Assembly: GCA_018652045.1 (NCBI GenBank)
Contig: JABICX010000004.1
Location: forward strand, 30,747 to 94,746
DNA length: 64,000 nucleotides
Source of the DNA: Candidatus Woesearchaeota archaeon
GTDB taxonomy: Archaea > Nanobdellota > Nanobdellia > UBA10117 > JABICX01
Direction: 5' to 3'
This document shows, in pieces, positions 44,001 to 52,629 of this stretch. Below the pieces are notes generated by a model. The model had not been told where the DNA came from, searched no databases, and was given only the letters and a program-made list of their open reading frames with translations. The position numbers and the translations under genes were made by a program. Each line of letters starts with the position of its first letter. Position 1 is the first letter of the stretch.

Positions 44001-45488
44001 TAATTCTTTATGCATGTAGCCGTCTTTTAGTTGGTAACCAAGTTTTCGATAGTACTCTCGGACACCAACTCCCGAGATGATTAGGATCTCTTTCTTACCT
44101 GCTTTTTTTGCAAGTTTTTCTGCTCTTGAAAGCAATTGGCTGCCAAGTCCTTTGTGTTGAATCTTTCCTAGCTTACCAATAGGCGTTACGAGACCATATA
44201 CGTGCAACTCTCGAATCATTGCTTCCTTACGTTTACCAATTCGGAGTCGGCAGAAACCAAGTAAAATATCCTGCTTAACATCTTCTGCTGAAATAAAATA
44301 TTCTTTACCACCTGAAGCAAGGTACTTCTCAACAACGATTTCAGCATTTTTGGGTACAACTTTTCTCATTCGCTGAGCATGCCCTGCCTCTCTAAATCGA
44401 ATCTCTGAGCTCTTTTTTAGATCTCGAAGAACCATCTGACGGATGTTGGATTTCTTTGGCCCAGCTTCTATGTATGGAGCAGGTATGTCTCGTTGTACAC
44501 GCATTATTCTAACCCACTTTGGCGAGATCTTGTAGATCTCTTTTAGCAGACCAATCATGTAACTTTCATTGATAGGCTTATACTTACCAGCTTTCCACAT
44601 ATCATACAACTTTGTTCCTTTGATAACTAGCGTTGGATATATCTTCAACATATCTGGTTTGAATCGTTCATCTGCAAAAAGTGTGTGGAACATCTGTACG
44701 TCAGAGTCAAAAGTTGACCCAGGTAAACCAGGCATTATATGGTATAAGACTTTGAATGCAGCATCTTTTAATTCAGAAGTTGCTCGTGAGACATCCCCGA
44801 CAGTGTTTCCTCGATGAACTGACTTAAGTATATCATCCGATGTTGACTGCACACCAAGTTCAACGCGCGTTGCGCCAAGTTCGATAAACTTCTCAGGAAA
44901 GATCCAATCTGGACGAGTTTCAACCGTTAGTCCAACAATCCGATGTTCAGTAGTTTCATTCTTCTTTTGAGCTGCTTGTAGACTCATACTGTTTTTATTA
45001 TTAAATCCGTCAAAAGCACACTTTACAAATTCTTTTTGTTCATCCCATGGAAGTGATGGAAATGTTCCACCCATAATGATAAGTTCGTTCTTACTAGTAT
45101 CGTGACCTGTTGAGTTAAGCTGCCAAAGTCTGTTCTGTACCTGTTTATATGGATCAAAGTGATTAAGCTGCGCGCGCATGGCCGCAGGTTCAAAACCAGT
45201 GTAACTTTTCGGCGCATTGTCACCTTGTGGACAGTAGATACATCTACCGGGACATGGCTCAGGGGCGGTCATGATAGCAATAACTGAAACTCCTGATATG
45301 GTTCGAGTTGGCTTTGTCTTAAGAAAGGTTACAAGCATCTTACGCTGATCAGGTGTAGCTGCTTCGAGTACGGTAGAGTTTAGGGGAAGCTTGCTCTTGT
45401 GTCGATCAGCGTATCTTTTCTTAAGCTCATTAATATCTACATAACTCAAGTCTTTCTTTGCTAGAAGATCTTTGATTAGTTTGTCCAT
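43998..45488 (-). CDS. elp3: Elp3 homolog (radical SAM plus GNAT; tRNA U34 carboxymethylation)
   Basis: Radical-SAM cluster motif CPGRCIYCP and C-terminal GNAT motif (HKGLGSQLLSRAEKLA). 496 aa, typical of archaeal Elp3. Confidence 0.85.
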   Translation of the reverse strand: MDKLIKDLLAKKDLSYVDINELKKRYADRHKSKLPLNSTVLEAATPDQRKMLVTFLKTKPTRTISGVSVIAIMTAPEPCPGRCIYCPQGDNAPKSYTGFEPAAMRAQLNHFDPYKQVQNRLWQLNSTGHDTSKNELIIMGGTFPSLPWDEQKEFVKCAFDGFNNKNSMSLQAAQKKNETTEHRIVGLTVETRPDWIFPEKFIELGATRVELGVQSTSDDILKSVHRGNTVGDVSRATSELKDAAFKVLYHIMPGLPGSTFDSDVQMFHTLFADERFKPDMLKIYPTLVIKGTKLYDMWKAGKYKPINESYMIGLLKEIYKISPKWVRIMRVQRDIPAPYIEAGPKKSNIRQMVLRDLKKSSEIRFREAGHAQRMRKVVPKNAEIVVEKYLASGGKEYFISAEDVKQDILLGFCRLRIGKRKEAMIRELHVYGLVTPIGKLGKIQHKGLGSQLLSRAEKLAKKAGKKEILIISGVGVREYYRKLGYQLKDGYMHKEL

Positions 45489-45492
45489 ACAA

Positions 45493-46362
45493 TCATTCGT
45501 CTGAGAAGTATAAATGCTTTATCTCTTGAAAGCATTTTTTATACCAACGAGCAAAATTCTTGTCAGTTAAAGAAGGCCAGTTCTTATCAAACAAGTTGTA
45601 TGCAGCCTTTTCCGAACTATCTATATAGTATGTTACTTTGTGTTTTAGTAAATTCTCAGCGATCTTTACAGAAAATAGTTTAGCAAAGCCTTCTTCGATC
45701 TCGTATATTGTACGTCTATTGAATATCTCCATGAAATATTTTCCATAAGGCGTTACAGTCTGATGCGCTACAGTTTCATGTATCATCGAGATAAGGAATA
45801 TATCTGAAGGATTTAGGAAGTTACGCTTCTGAATTAAAATGTAACCTTTACCGTTTTCTATATCACTACCTCTAGAAGAGGGAGCAGTACCTAATAAAAC
45901 TCGTAGATGCATTTCCTCAGCCCGTTCTATTGCTACACCTGTAAACTTCTGAGCTGTATCATATATCTTATTGATATATTTTTGAGCTTCCTTACGTCTT
46001 ACTTTAATCAATGGATCAATCTCTTTGTTTACTCTCTCAAAGTACCTGTTGAACTTTGGTTCAAAGGCCAGATAGTTCTTCTGTACTTCTTCAGATACAA
46101 AATCACCATGTCTTTTGAAGTAATCTTTAAGGTTTTTAGATTCTAGACAGAAAAGATCTAGTCTGAACTTGTCAGAGCGACGCATGTTTACACCAATTCG
46201 ACGTAGATTAGCTAAGTATACTTTTCTCTCTTTTCTAGATACAGAGAGATTCTTAAATACATCTGGATTGTACGTTTTATTCATATAGGTAGGAACACAA
46301 AGTATGTGATAACATGCTAGTAGAGACGCCAACCTGTCGAACTTCAACTTAGTTTTAATCAT
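45493..46362 (-). CDS. Hypothetical protein with HExxH motif (putative metallopeptidase-like)
   Basis: 289-aa ORF containing MIHETVAHQ. No other recognisable family features. Confidence 0.5.
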   Translation of the reverse strand: MIKTKLKFDRLASLLACYHILCVPTYMNKTYNPDVFKNLSVSRKERKVYLANLRRIGVNMRRSDKFRLDLFCLESKNLKDYFKRHGDFVSEEVQKNYLAFEPKFNRYFERVNKEIDPLIKVRRKEAQKYINKIYDTAQKFTGVAIERAEEMHLRVLLGTAPSSRGSDIENGKGYILIQKRNFLNPSDIFLISMIHETVAHQTVTPYGKYFMEIFNRRTIYEIEEGFAKLFSVKIAENLLKHKVTYYIDSSEKAAYNLFDKNWPSLTDKNFARWYKKCFQEIKHLYFSDE

Positions 46363-46417
46363 ATAAGTCTTAAGATCCTAGAAAGTTAAAAAGTTGTTGT
46401 GAGCTAGAAATCCTTTT

Positions 46418-47323
46418 ATGTGTTGTTCTTTTACCAAAAACATGGGTGACACGGTTAAGATAGCAGACATAGAACTACCTCGCTTGGACTTAACTAAACA
46501 CTCTGCAGTACCTAAAGAATACGAAATTTTTCTACAGAACGCTAAGGAAGATCCACCTTTGCATGAGATAACCGATGCGTTCGGAGATGACTTTGCTGCG
46601 GACAGCACGTTATACGAGTTAAACCTACACATGTATGTAACTGGAGTGGATGCTAACGCAATACGAGACGCGGAGTGCTTTGACACTTTGTTAGATCGCT
46701 TCAAAGATGTTCAAGCTCCAAGTTCTATGGTGGTAAAGGACCTAGATGAACTAAGCAGACACGCACTCTTGTCTTACTATGTATGCTATGAACATTATAA
46801 GTTAGGTAAGAAGTTGTTTTGGAATGACGATTTCCCCGAGCTTTGTTGTGGACCTGCAACAAGTAATGTTGTCCTTACTTTGATAGAGATGGGGTATCAT
46901 AATGCATTATATGCTGGAGCGGATAAGGATCACGCATATTGCGTTTTACCTTTCGTTATGGAAGATACTGGAGAAAAAGGAATCATTCTTGTAGATCCTA
47001 CAGCAGAGCAGATGTGGTGGAGTAATGAAAAACCATCAAATGACGTTAGAATTATCTTTGGAGAACGATGGGAGTATAAAACAGATTTAGTCGAAATAAT
47101 CGTGAATGAAGGACCTGTATTCGCTGAAGAAGAAGGCGGCGGTAGTGACTTGTTCCCAAACGAAATCGTTGGTATGGTAAATCTCCGAGATCATGTTAGT
47201 ATGTTTGATTGGTTGAGCATACCAATTCCATTAGATCTCAAAGTAGAGCAACTTTCTGTTGAGGATTATCTTAACCAGGCTTTTGCAAATCCAGTTCCAG
47301 TTGACATACTGAGATTGTTATAG
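46418..47323 (+). CDS. Hypothetical acidic protein with possible Cys-His-Asp triad (transglutaminase/papain-like fold is a guess)
   Basis: LCCGPATSNVVL ... DHAYCVLPF ... ILVDPTAEQ have the spacing of Cys/His/Asp thiol-enzyme cores. An alternative ATG lies at 46442. Confidence 0.45.
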   Translation: MCCSFTKNMGDTVKIADIELPRLDLTKHSAVPKEYEIFLQNAKEDPPLHEITDAFGDDFAADSTLYELNLHMYVTGVDANAIRDAECFDTLLDRFKDVQAPSSMVVKDLDELSRHALLSYYVCYEHYKLGKKLFWNDDFPELCCGPATSNVVLTLIEMGYHNALYAGADKDHAYCVLPFVMEDTGEKGIILVDPTAEQMWWSNEKPSNDVRIIFGERWEYKTDLVEIIVNEGPVFAEEEGGGSDLFPNEIVGMVNLRDHVSMFDWLSIPIPLDLKVEQLSVEDYLNQAFANPVPVDILRLL

Positions 47324-47366
47324 TATAGATTATAAATCCTTAAAAAAGTAAGGAGTTTCTTTTAGA

Positions 47367-48089
47367 ATGGCAAAAGAGTTGATTGGTTATGATGCAGAAG
47401 AACATGCTGAAGTAGTAAGCACTCTTCGTGCTGAAACAGATCTTAAGCTGTATAATATCTTTAAGCACTTTGATCCAAAAGGTTTGCGCGTTGTTGATGT
47501 TGGATGTGGCGATGGAATCATCTCGAGAAAGCTTATTGACATGGGATCAGAGTTAGTTTTAGGAATCGACAGTCATCCCGATATGGTTAAACTTGCAATC
47601 AAACTGAGCGAAGAACAAGAAGATTCAATTTCTTACAAGCAAGCATTTATAGAAGATTGCAAAGGCGATGAATCTTATGACTTAGCAATCCTCGCCTATC
47701 TTCTGAATTATGCACAGACAGTTGAAAACCTTAAAGCAAAATGCACTGCAGTTGCATCATTCCTTAAGCCAGGTGGAAAGGTAGTAGTATTCAATAACAA
47801 TCCGTTTGACACTGTTGGTGGCGATTTCTCAAAGTATGGATTTAGAAAGAAACTTACTGGACTTTCAGAAGGAGCACCAATACATTTTGATTACAGACCA
47901 ATTATTACGGAAGATATTGTTAACTTTTATCTGACTCCAGAAGAGCATATAGAAGCTTTCAAAGCTGCAGGTTTCTCAGAGGTTCGTTGGGAGCCACTAA
48001 TACTTCCTGAAGGTGATGACCCGTCTTTTTGGAAGGAATACTATGCTCGTGAACATTTACCAGTTATATGCATGGTCGCGATAAAGTAA
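47367..48089 (+). CDS. Class I SAM-dependent methyltransferase
   Basis: Motif I VVDVGCGDGIIS, motif II-like LGIDSHPDM, and post-I acidic residues; 240 aa. Confidence 0.8.
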   Translation: MAKELIGYDAEEHAEVVSTLRAETDLKLYNIFKHFDPKGLRVVDVGCGDGIISRKLIDMGSELVLGIDSHPDMVKLAIKLSEEQEDSISYKQAFIEDCKGDESYDLAILAYLLNYAQTVENLKAKCTAVASFLKPGGKVVVFNNNPFDTVGGDFSKYGFRKKLTGLSEGAPIHFDYRPIITEDIVNFYLTPEEHIEAFKAAGFSEVRWEPLILPEGDDPSFWKEYYAREHLPVICMVAIK

Positions 48090-48135
48090 CTCAAATTCAC
48101 AAACCATTTAAGTTTTTGCTGATTTATATATTACT

Positions 48136-48366
48136 ATGAAACGAGATGTTTTAGAAAAGATGACGGCTCTGATAACAGCTGCTTTTGGACTAGTAGCAGC
48201 ACTTGCTTGGAACGATACAATAAAAGCGTTATTTGTTACAGTATTTGGAACTGCAGATACACTATGGGCAATGCTCACATACGCAATTATCGTAACTTTA
48301 ATTGCTGTATATGTAACAATTAAATTAGCTAAAGCAACCGCAAAAGCAGGCAATAACGAGGAGTAA
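48136..48366 (+). CDS. Small two-TM membrane protein (DUF5654-like)
   Basis: 76 aa. MTALITAAFGLVAALAWNDTIKALF and a second TM, LTYAIIVTLIAVYVTI. Confidence 0.5.
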   Translation: MKRDVLEKMTALITAAFGLVAALAWNDTIKALFVTVFGTADTLWAMLTYAIIVTLIAVYVTIKLAKATAKAGNNEE

Positions 48367-48375
48367 ATATTCAAA

Positions 48376-48912
48376 ATGAAAAGTTTGAAAGGCACTAATA
48401 CTGAGAAGAATCTATGGAAAGCATTTGCTGGCGAATCACAGGCCAGGAATAAATATGATTTCTTTGCTAAGGAATTTAAGAAAGCAGGTTACGAACAGAT
48501 AGCAGCTATTTTTCAAGAGACTGCGCTTAATGAAAAAGAGCATGCAAAAAAAGAGTTTAAGTATCTTGTAAAGCTTGGCGATCTAAAAGCTCACCTGAAA
48601 GCTGCAATTGACGGCGAACATTTTGAACAAACTAAGATGTACCCTGAATTTGCACGAACTGCTGAAAAAGAAGGATTCCCTGAAATCTCAAAGATCTTTT
48701 GGGAGATTGCAAAAGCAGAAATTGCACATGAGATGCGCTACAAAAAACTGCTAAAGCGAATCGAGAACGGAGATATGTTCAAAGAATCAAAGTCAGTTAA
48801 ATGGAAGTGTAGGAACTGTGGCTATGTCTATGAAGGCAAAGAACCGCCAAAAGAGTGTCCTGCTTGCAAGCACGGTAAAGCTTACTTTGAAAGATTAGCA
48901 GAGAACTATTAG
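48376..48912 (+). CDS. rbr: Rubrerythrin
   Basis: Ferritin-like di-iron motifs (GESQARNKY, EKEHAKKE, EIAHEMRY) plus a C-terminal rubredoxin-like CRNCGY...CPACKH. Confidence 0.9.
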   Translation: MKSLKGTNTEKNLWKAFAGESQARNKYDFFAKEFKKAGYEQIAAIFQETALNEKEHAKKEFKYLVKLGDLKAHLKAAIDGEHFEQTKMYPEFARTAEKEGFPEISKIFWEIAKAEIAHEMRYKKLLKRIENGDMFKESKSVKWKCRNCGYVYEGKEPPKECPACKHGKAYFERLAENY

Positions 48913-48932
48913 TTGATTATTGAAGTGATAAC

Positions 48933-49289
48933 ATGAATGAAAAAGATAAATTAGACGACGTTATAGACGAGGAGGACGAAGATTGGAATGATCCTTGTAG
49001 CAATTGTGAAGTGGTCGGAGATGTAGAACACATAGAAGATTTGTTAGGTACTGTTTTGGAAGAATACAGTGCACATTTCAAGATTAAATTACCTGAGGAG
49101 GTACACCAAAATGTTCTCGAAGTGATATCTAGAGAGTATTCCACTTGGGAGTATCTTTGCCCAAGCTGCGGATCTATTGGCGTTTTAGAACGTATATGGC
49201 AAGTATACATTGATCGTGAAGTGATTGGCTGGGAGAAAGAAAACGGACCGCTACCTACGGTTGAAGGGGATGTAACAGATGACTTCTGA
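48933..49289 (+). CDS. Hypothetical acidic CxxC...CxxC protein (paralog 1)
   Basis: CSNC ... VLEEYSAHFKIKLPEEV ... CPSCGS ... IDREVIGWE. Paralogous to the next ORF. Confidence 0.5.
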   Translation: MNEKDKLDDVIDEEDEDWNDPCSNCEVVGDVEHIEDLLGTVLEEYSAHFKIKLPEEVHQNVLEVISREYSTWEYLCPSCGSIGVLERIWQVYIDREVIGWEKENGPLPTVEGDVTDDF

Positions 49290-49602
49290 CGAAGAGAAGC
49301 TCTACAAATGCGAACTATGTGCGGAAGAGTGCGAGGAGATTGATGTAGACCGTGTTGCTAATCTGGCAGAGGTTGTGTTAGATGAATATGAAGAATGGTT
49401 TAAACTAAAACTGCCCGACTCAGTTAGAGAAAAAGCTGCAAAAGCTATGGACGATTTTTATAATAACGGATATACTTGTGGTGGGTGTAATAATGTACCT
49501 TATATGAAGCGTCTGCACCAAAACGTTATTGATCGTGAGCTATATATATGGGAACATGATCAGGCTATTAAGACTGAGCTCCCTGTAGATATATTATGGT
49601 AA
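49279..49602 (+). CDS. Hypothetical acidic CxxC...CxxC protein (paralog 2)
   Basis: CELC ... VLDEYEEWFKLKLPDSV ... CGGCNN ... IDRELYIWE. 11-nt overlap with paralog 1. Confidence 0.5.
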   Translation: MTSDEEKLYKCELCAEECEEIDVDRVANLAEVVLDEYEEWFKLKLPDSVREKAAKAMDDFYNNGYTCGGCNNVPYMKRLHQNVIDRELYIWEHDQAIKTELPVDILW

Positions 49603-49603
49603 G

Positions 49604-50206
49604 ATGGAAAAGTTACTAAGTCAGATTGAAGCTCTGAAGCAGAGCGATGTTAAGGAAGTAATTGATAAGCGTATTCAAGAGTTTAAAGATCAGAAAGAGA
49701 TCTTTTCTGAGATGTGTTTTTGCATACTAACTGCGAACTATAGTGCCTCAGGTGGCATTCGGATTCAGCGAGATATTGGTGACGGATTCAGTACTCTGTC
49801 CGAAGAGGAGCTTGCTAAAAAGCTAAGCAGGCTTGGCCATAGATTCCCAAATGTTCGTGCAAATTATATCTTTGGAGCGAGAGGGGTTGACGTACAATGG
49901 GCTTTAGATAATCTTCAAGGTAATGATCTACGAGATTGGCTAGTAGCCAATGTTAAGGGTTTGGGGTACAAACTTGCTAGCCATTTCTTGCGTAACATAG
50001 GTTACGATGACTTCGCAATAATTGACTTTCATATTGTAGACATTCTTGTAAAACATGACCTGATCAATCGCCCAAAAACAATGACACCATACCGTTACTT
50101 TGAGATAGAGAATGTTCTTAGCAAGATCGCAGATAAATCAAATCTTACGCTAGCCGAACTCGATCTGTACTTGTGGTATTTAGAAACTGGTAAAGTTTTG
50201 AAGTAA
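49604..50206 (+). CDS. ogg: 8-oxoguanine DNA glycosylase/AP lyase, archaeal Ogg2 type
   Basis: FCILTANYSA, HRFPNVRANYI, and HhH plus catalytic Lys in GLGYKLASHFLRNIGYDDFAIIDFHI. Confidence 0.8.
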   Translation: MEKLLSQIEALKQSDVKEVIDKRIQEFKDQKEIFSEMCFCILTANYSASGGIRIQRDIGDGFSTLSEEELAKKLSRLGHRFPNVRANYIFGARGVDVQWALDNLQGNDLRDWLVANVKGLGYKLASHFLRNIGYDDFAIIDFHIVDILVKHDLINRPKTMTPYRYFEIENVLSKIADKSNLTLAELDLYLWYLETGKVLK

Positions 50207-50235
50207 GTTTATATATCTTTGATTAGATTAACGAT

Positions 50236-50874
50236 ATGGCTAATATATACAAACTTTCAATTACTAAAGACGCGTTTGTTAATAAGATTGTAGAGAGCGC
50301 TATGAAGGATTTGGATGAGTTCTTTGGCATTAAATGGACATATGGAAGACCTAATATTTTGTTGTGTAAAGATCGTAAGACTATTGTTGCTTTGACGGGA
50401 CAGACTGGAAATAGTGTGATTGGTTGGGAATGGAATCGAGATATATATGTGTTAGACCATGCGAACTTTGAGAAGGAGAGCGAGCATACATATAATGCTG
50501 AAAAATATGCTCGATTATTGAAACATGAACTCGTTCATGCATATACTATTGCTACGATTAAAAAACAGCGAAAGTGCAAACCAGATTGGTTGTGGGAGGG
50601 TTTGGCAGATTATCTTTCTGGATACAGCAGGCATCGAAAACAAATAGGGTCATTTAAGAATTTCTTGATGTTTTACGAGAATGATTCGGGCAAAGTTTAC
50701 GAAGAGTCAGTTTTTGCAGTTGAGATCTTGGTGGAAAAGTTTGGTAAGACTAAGATACTGAACTTGCTTAAGCAGCTTAGCACTTGTAAGGGTAAGGCAG
50801 AGTTCAATAAGCTGTTTGATAAGATCTACGGCTTTAAGCCTACGTATAATAATTTTAATAATTTAAAGAAATAG
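50236..50874 (+). CDS. Hypothetical protein with HExxH motif (peptidase-MA-like guess)
   Basis: LLKHELVHAYT followed about 25 aa later by WLWEGLADY (a possible third ligand Glu). Confidence 0.5.
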   Translation: MANIYKLSITKDAFVNKIVESAMKDLDEFFGIKWTYGRPNILLCKDRKTIVALTGQTGNSVIGWEWNRDIYVLDHANFEKESEHTYNAEKYARLLKHELVHAYTIATIKKQRKCKPDWLWEGLADYLSGYSRHRKQIGSFKNFLMFYENDSGKVYEESVFAVEILVEKFGKTKILNLLKQLSTCKGKAEFNKLFDKIYGFKPTYNNFNNLKK

Positions 50875-50877
50875 AAC

Positions 50878-51756
50878 CTAATCTAATAGGTTCTGTGCTT
50901 CTTCGGGTAGAATAATGTCATCAGTCTTAGTTTCCGGAGATGTAGATTGAATTAAGTTACTGTTACCGCCAGCCCACGCCTGTACAAACATGTTGTTAAT
51001 TGCGGTTGCAAAGAACGGTGTGTTTACCCATAGACCAATATCATATGTTGGGTGTACGTCTTTGTCATCAATTAACATGAACATTATCTGTTTACTATCA
51101 ATAAGACAAACTCTTGCACTGACATTTGGTATGTTTCTTACTTCTGCAATTCCTTGCAATCTGTCAATAACTTCTTTTGTCTTTGTAGTTACCGGTGCTC
51201 CGATTTTAATCTCAACACCTCTAGCTTTTGCTTTTTCAAGTAACGGCTTGATTGTTCTAACCTTTCGGATTAGACCATCTTCAGTTGTTAAGATATATAT
51301 GCTCTTCTGAGCTTCTTTACAAAGCATTGCTAAATGATCATATAAGTTATGTCGACCTTTTAGTGCACCACTGAAATCAGTTGGTTGCATTGGTTCGATA
51401 CCTTGCTTGAATAGCATTTCAAGCTCTTTAAGAATATCTGAATCAGATAATTTTTCAAGTCGATCGCTTCGCTCTTTTGCAATTATCGAGATCCGATTTT
51501 TAACTCTAGCCAGCACCTCTCCAGGAGAGATTGCCATATATTTTATTGGCTTCTCTGGCTTTACAATTACAAAGCCCTTTCTTTCAAGGCTTTCTAAAAC
51601 ATCATATGTTCTCGATCTTGGAACGTCAGCAATATCACTAAGCTCTCCAGCAGTTGATACACCACGAGATAAAAGCGCTGTCCATAGCTTCACTTCATAT
51701 AGATTAAGGTTAAACGACCTACGCAGTTTGCTTAGGAACTCCTCATTTACTATCAT
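50878..51756 (-). CDS. TrmB-family transcriptional regulator
   Basis: N-terminal wHTH LNLYEVKLWTALLSRGVSTAGELSDIADVPRSRTYDVLESLERKGFV plus a C-terminal TrmB-type effector domain; 292 aa. Confidence 0.8.
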   Translation of the reverse strand: MIVNEEFLSKLRRSFNLNLYEVKLWTALLSRGVSTAGELSDIADVPRSRTYDVLESLERKGFVIVKPEKPIKYMAISPGEVLARVKNRISIIAKERSDRLEKLSDSDILKELEMLFKQGIEPMQPTDFSGALKGRHNLYDHLAMLCKEAQKSIYILTTEDGLIRKVRTIKPLLEKAKARGVEIKIGAPVTTKTKEVIDRLQGIAEVRNIPNVSARVCLIDSKQIMFMLIDDKDVHPTYDIGLWVNTPFFATAINNMFVQAWAGGNSNLIQSTSPETKTDDIILPEEAQNLLD

Positions 51757-51966
51757 TTTTTTTCACCAACCAGTGTCGTATGTGTGTTACACTTACTACT
51801 TGATATGTATTACGCATACATTATATAACGATTTGTTTTGTGTTAGAGACAAAGCTTCTCTTCACTTGGAAGGGCATAAGCTCTATGCAAATCATTTTTG
51901 GTCTAGTCACTAGTCAGAAAGAACATTTAAAAGCCTTTCTATTTTCGTCACTCTAAAGTAGTTGAG

Positions 51967-52464
51967 TTAGACCAAGCCCATCTGCTTCATCTTCTCAAAT
52001 TGCTTCGGAGTTATACTCATTGCCTTAATCTTTTTGTTAAGAAGCTTATATAGTGTTTTAGCTAACTGTGCATCATCAATATCTTCGTTAGTTATGATAA
52101 ATACCTTGTTTTTGTCCTTTTTGGGTACGAGTATCTCCAAGTCTTGATAACCATATGTGTCTTGTAGGTACGTTTCTATAACTTCAGAGACTGTCTGTTT
52201 GTGCCCAAGTAGTTCAGCAAACTGTTTGTATGCGTCGCTAGCTCGTTGTATCTGAAAGAACTTAATGCGACCTCGAGCAACCTTTTTGACGAATCCTACT
52301 GTTTCTAATGAACGTACGATTCTAAATGTGGTAGATACGGTGACATCTGCTTTATCTGCTAGCTCTCGAATAGAGAAAAAGTCCGTGTCTTGGTTAAGTA
52401 GTCCATGTATAACATGTACGACTTTTTCATCAAACACTGCCTCAAGAAGCTTCTGATCAATCAT
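51967..52464 (-). CDS. Winged-helix (MarR/TrmB-like) DNA-binding protein
   Basis: FSIRELADKADVTVSTTFRIVRSLETVGFVKKV is an HTH; 165 aa. Confidence 0.6.
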   Translation of the reverse strand: MIDQKLLEAVFDEKVVHVIHGLLNQDTDFFSIRELADKADVTVSTTFRIVRSLETVGFVKKVARGRIKFFQIQRASDAYKQFAELLGHKQTVSEVIETYLQDTYGYQDLEILVPKKDKNKVFIITNEDIDDAQLAKTLYKLLNKKIKAMSITPKQFEKMKQMGLV

Positions 52465-52629
52465 AGTATTCTATATATAATCAAATAATTTAAGCGTTTC
52501 GGATTAAGAACTTTGTTCCTTATCAATAACAACCAAGTCACAAATGAAACTAGTGTGTTAATTACGTAGAAGTATGTTGTATAAATGAAACATATGTGTC
52601 TTAATAAGAACTGTGTTTTAGAATGTGAA

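Noticed and set aside
44001-52629. Integrated mobile element or genomic island adjacent to tRNA-Gln, suggested by the cluster of orphan and accessory genes.
   Set aside because: There is no integrase, transposase or phage-like gene. I saw no direct repeat of the tRNA 3' end. Housekeeping genes (elp3, ogg, lig) are interspersed.
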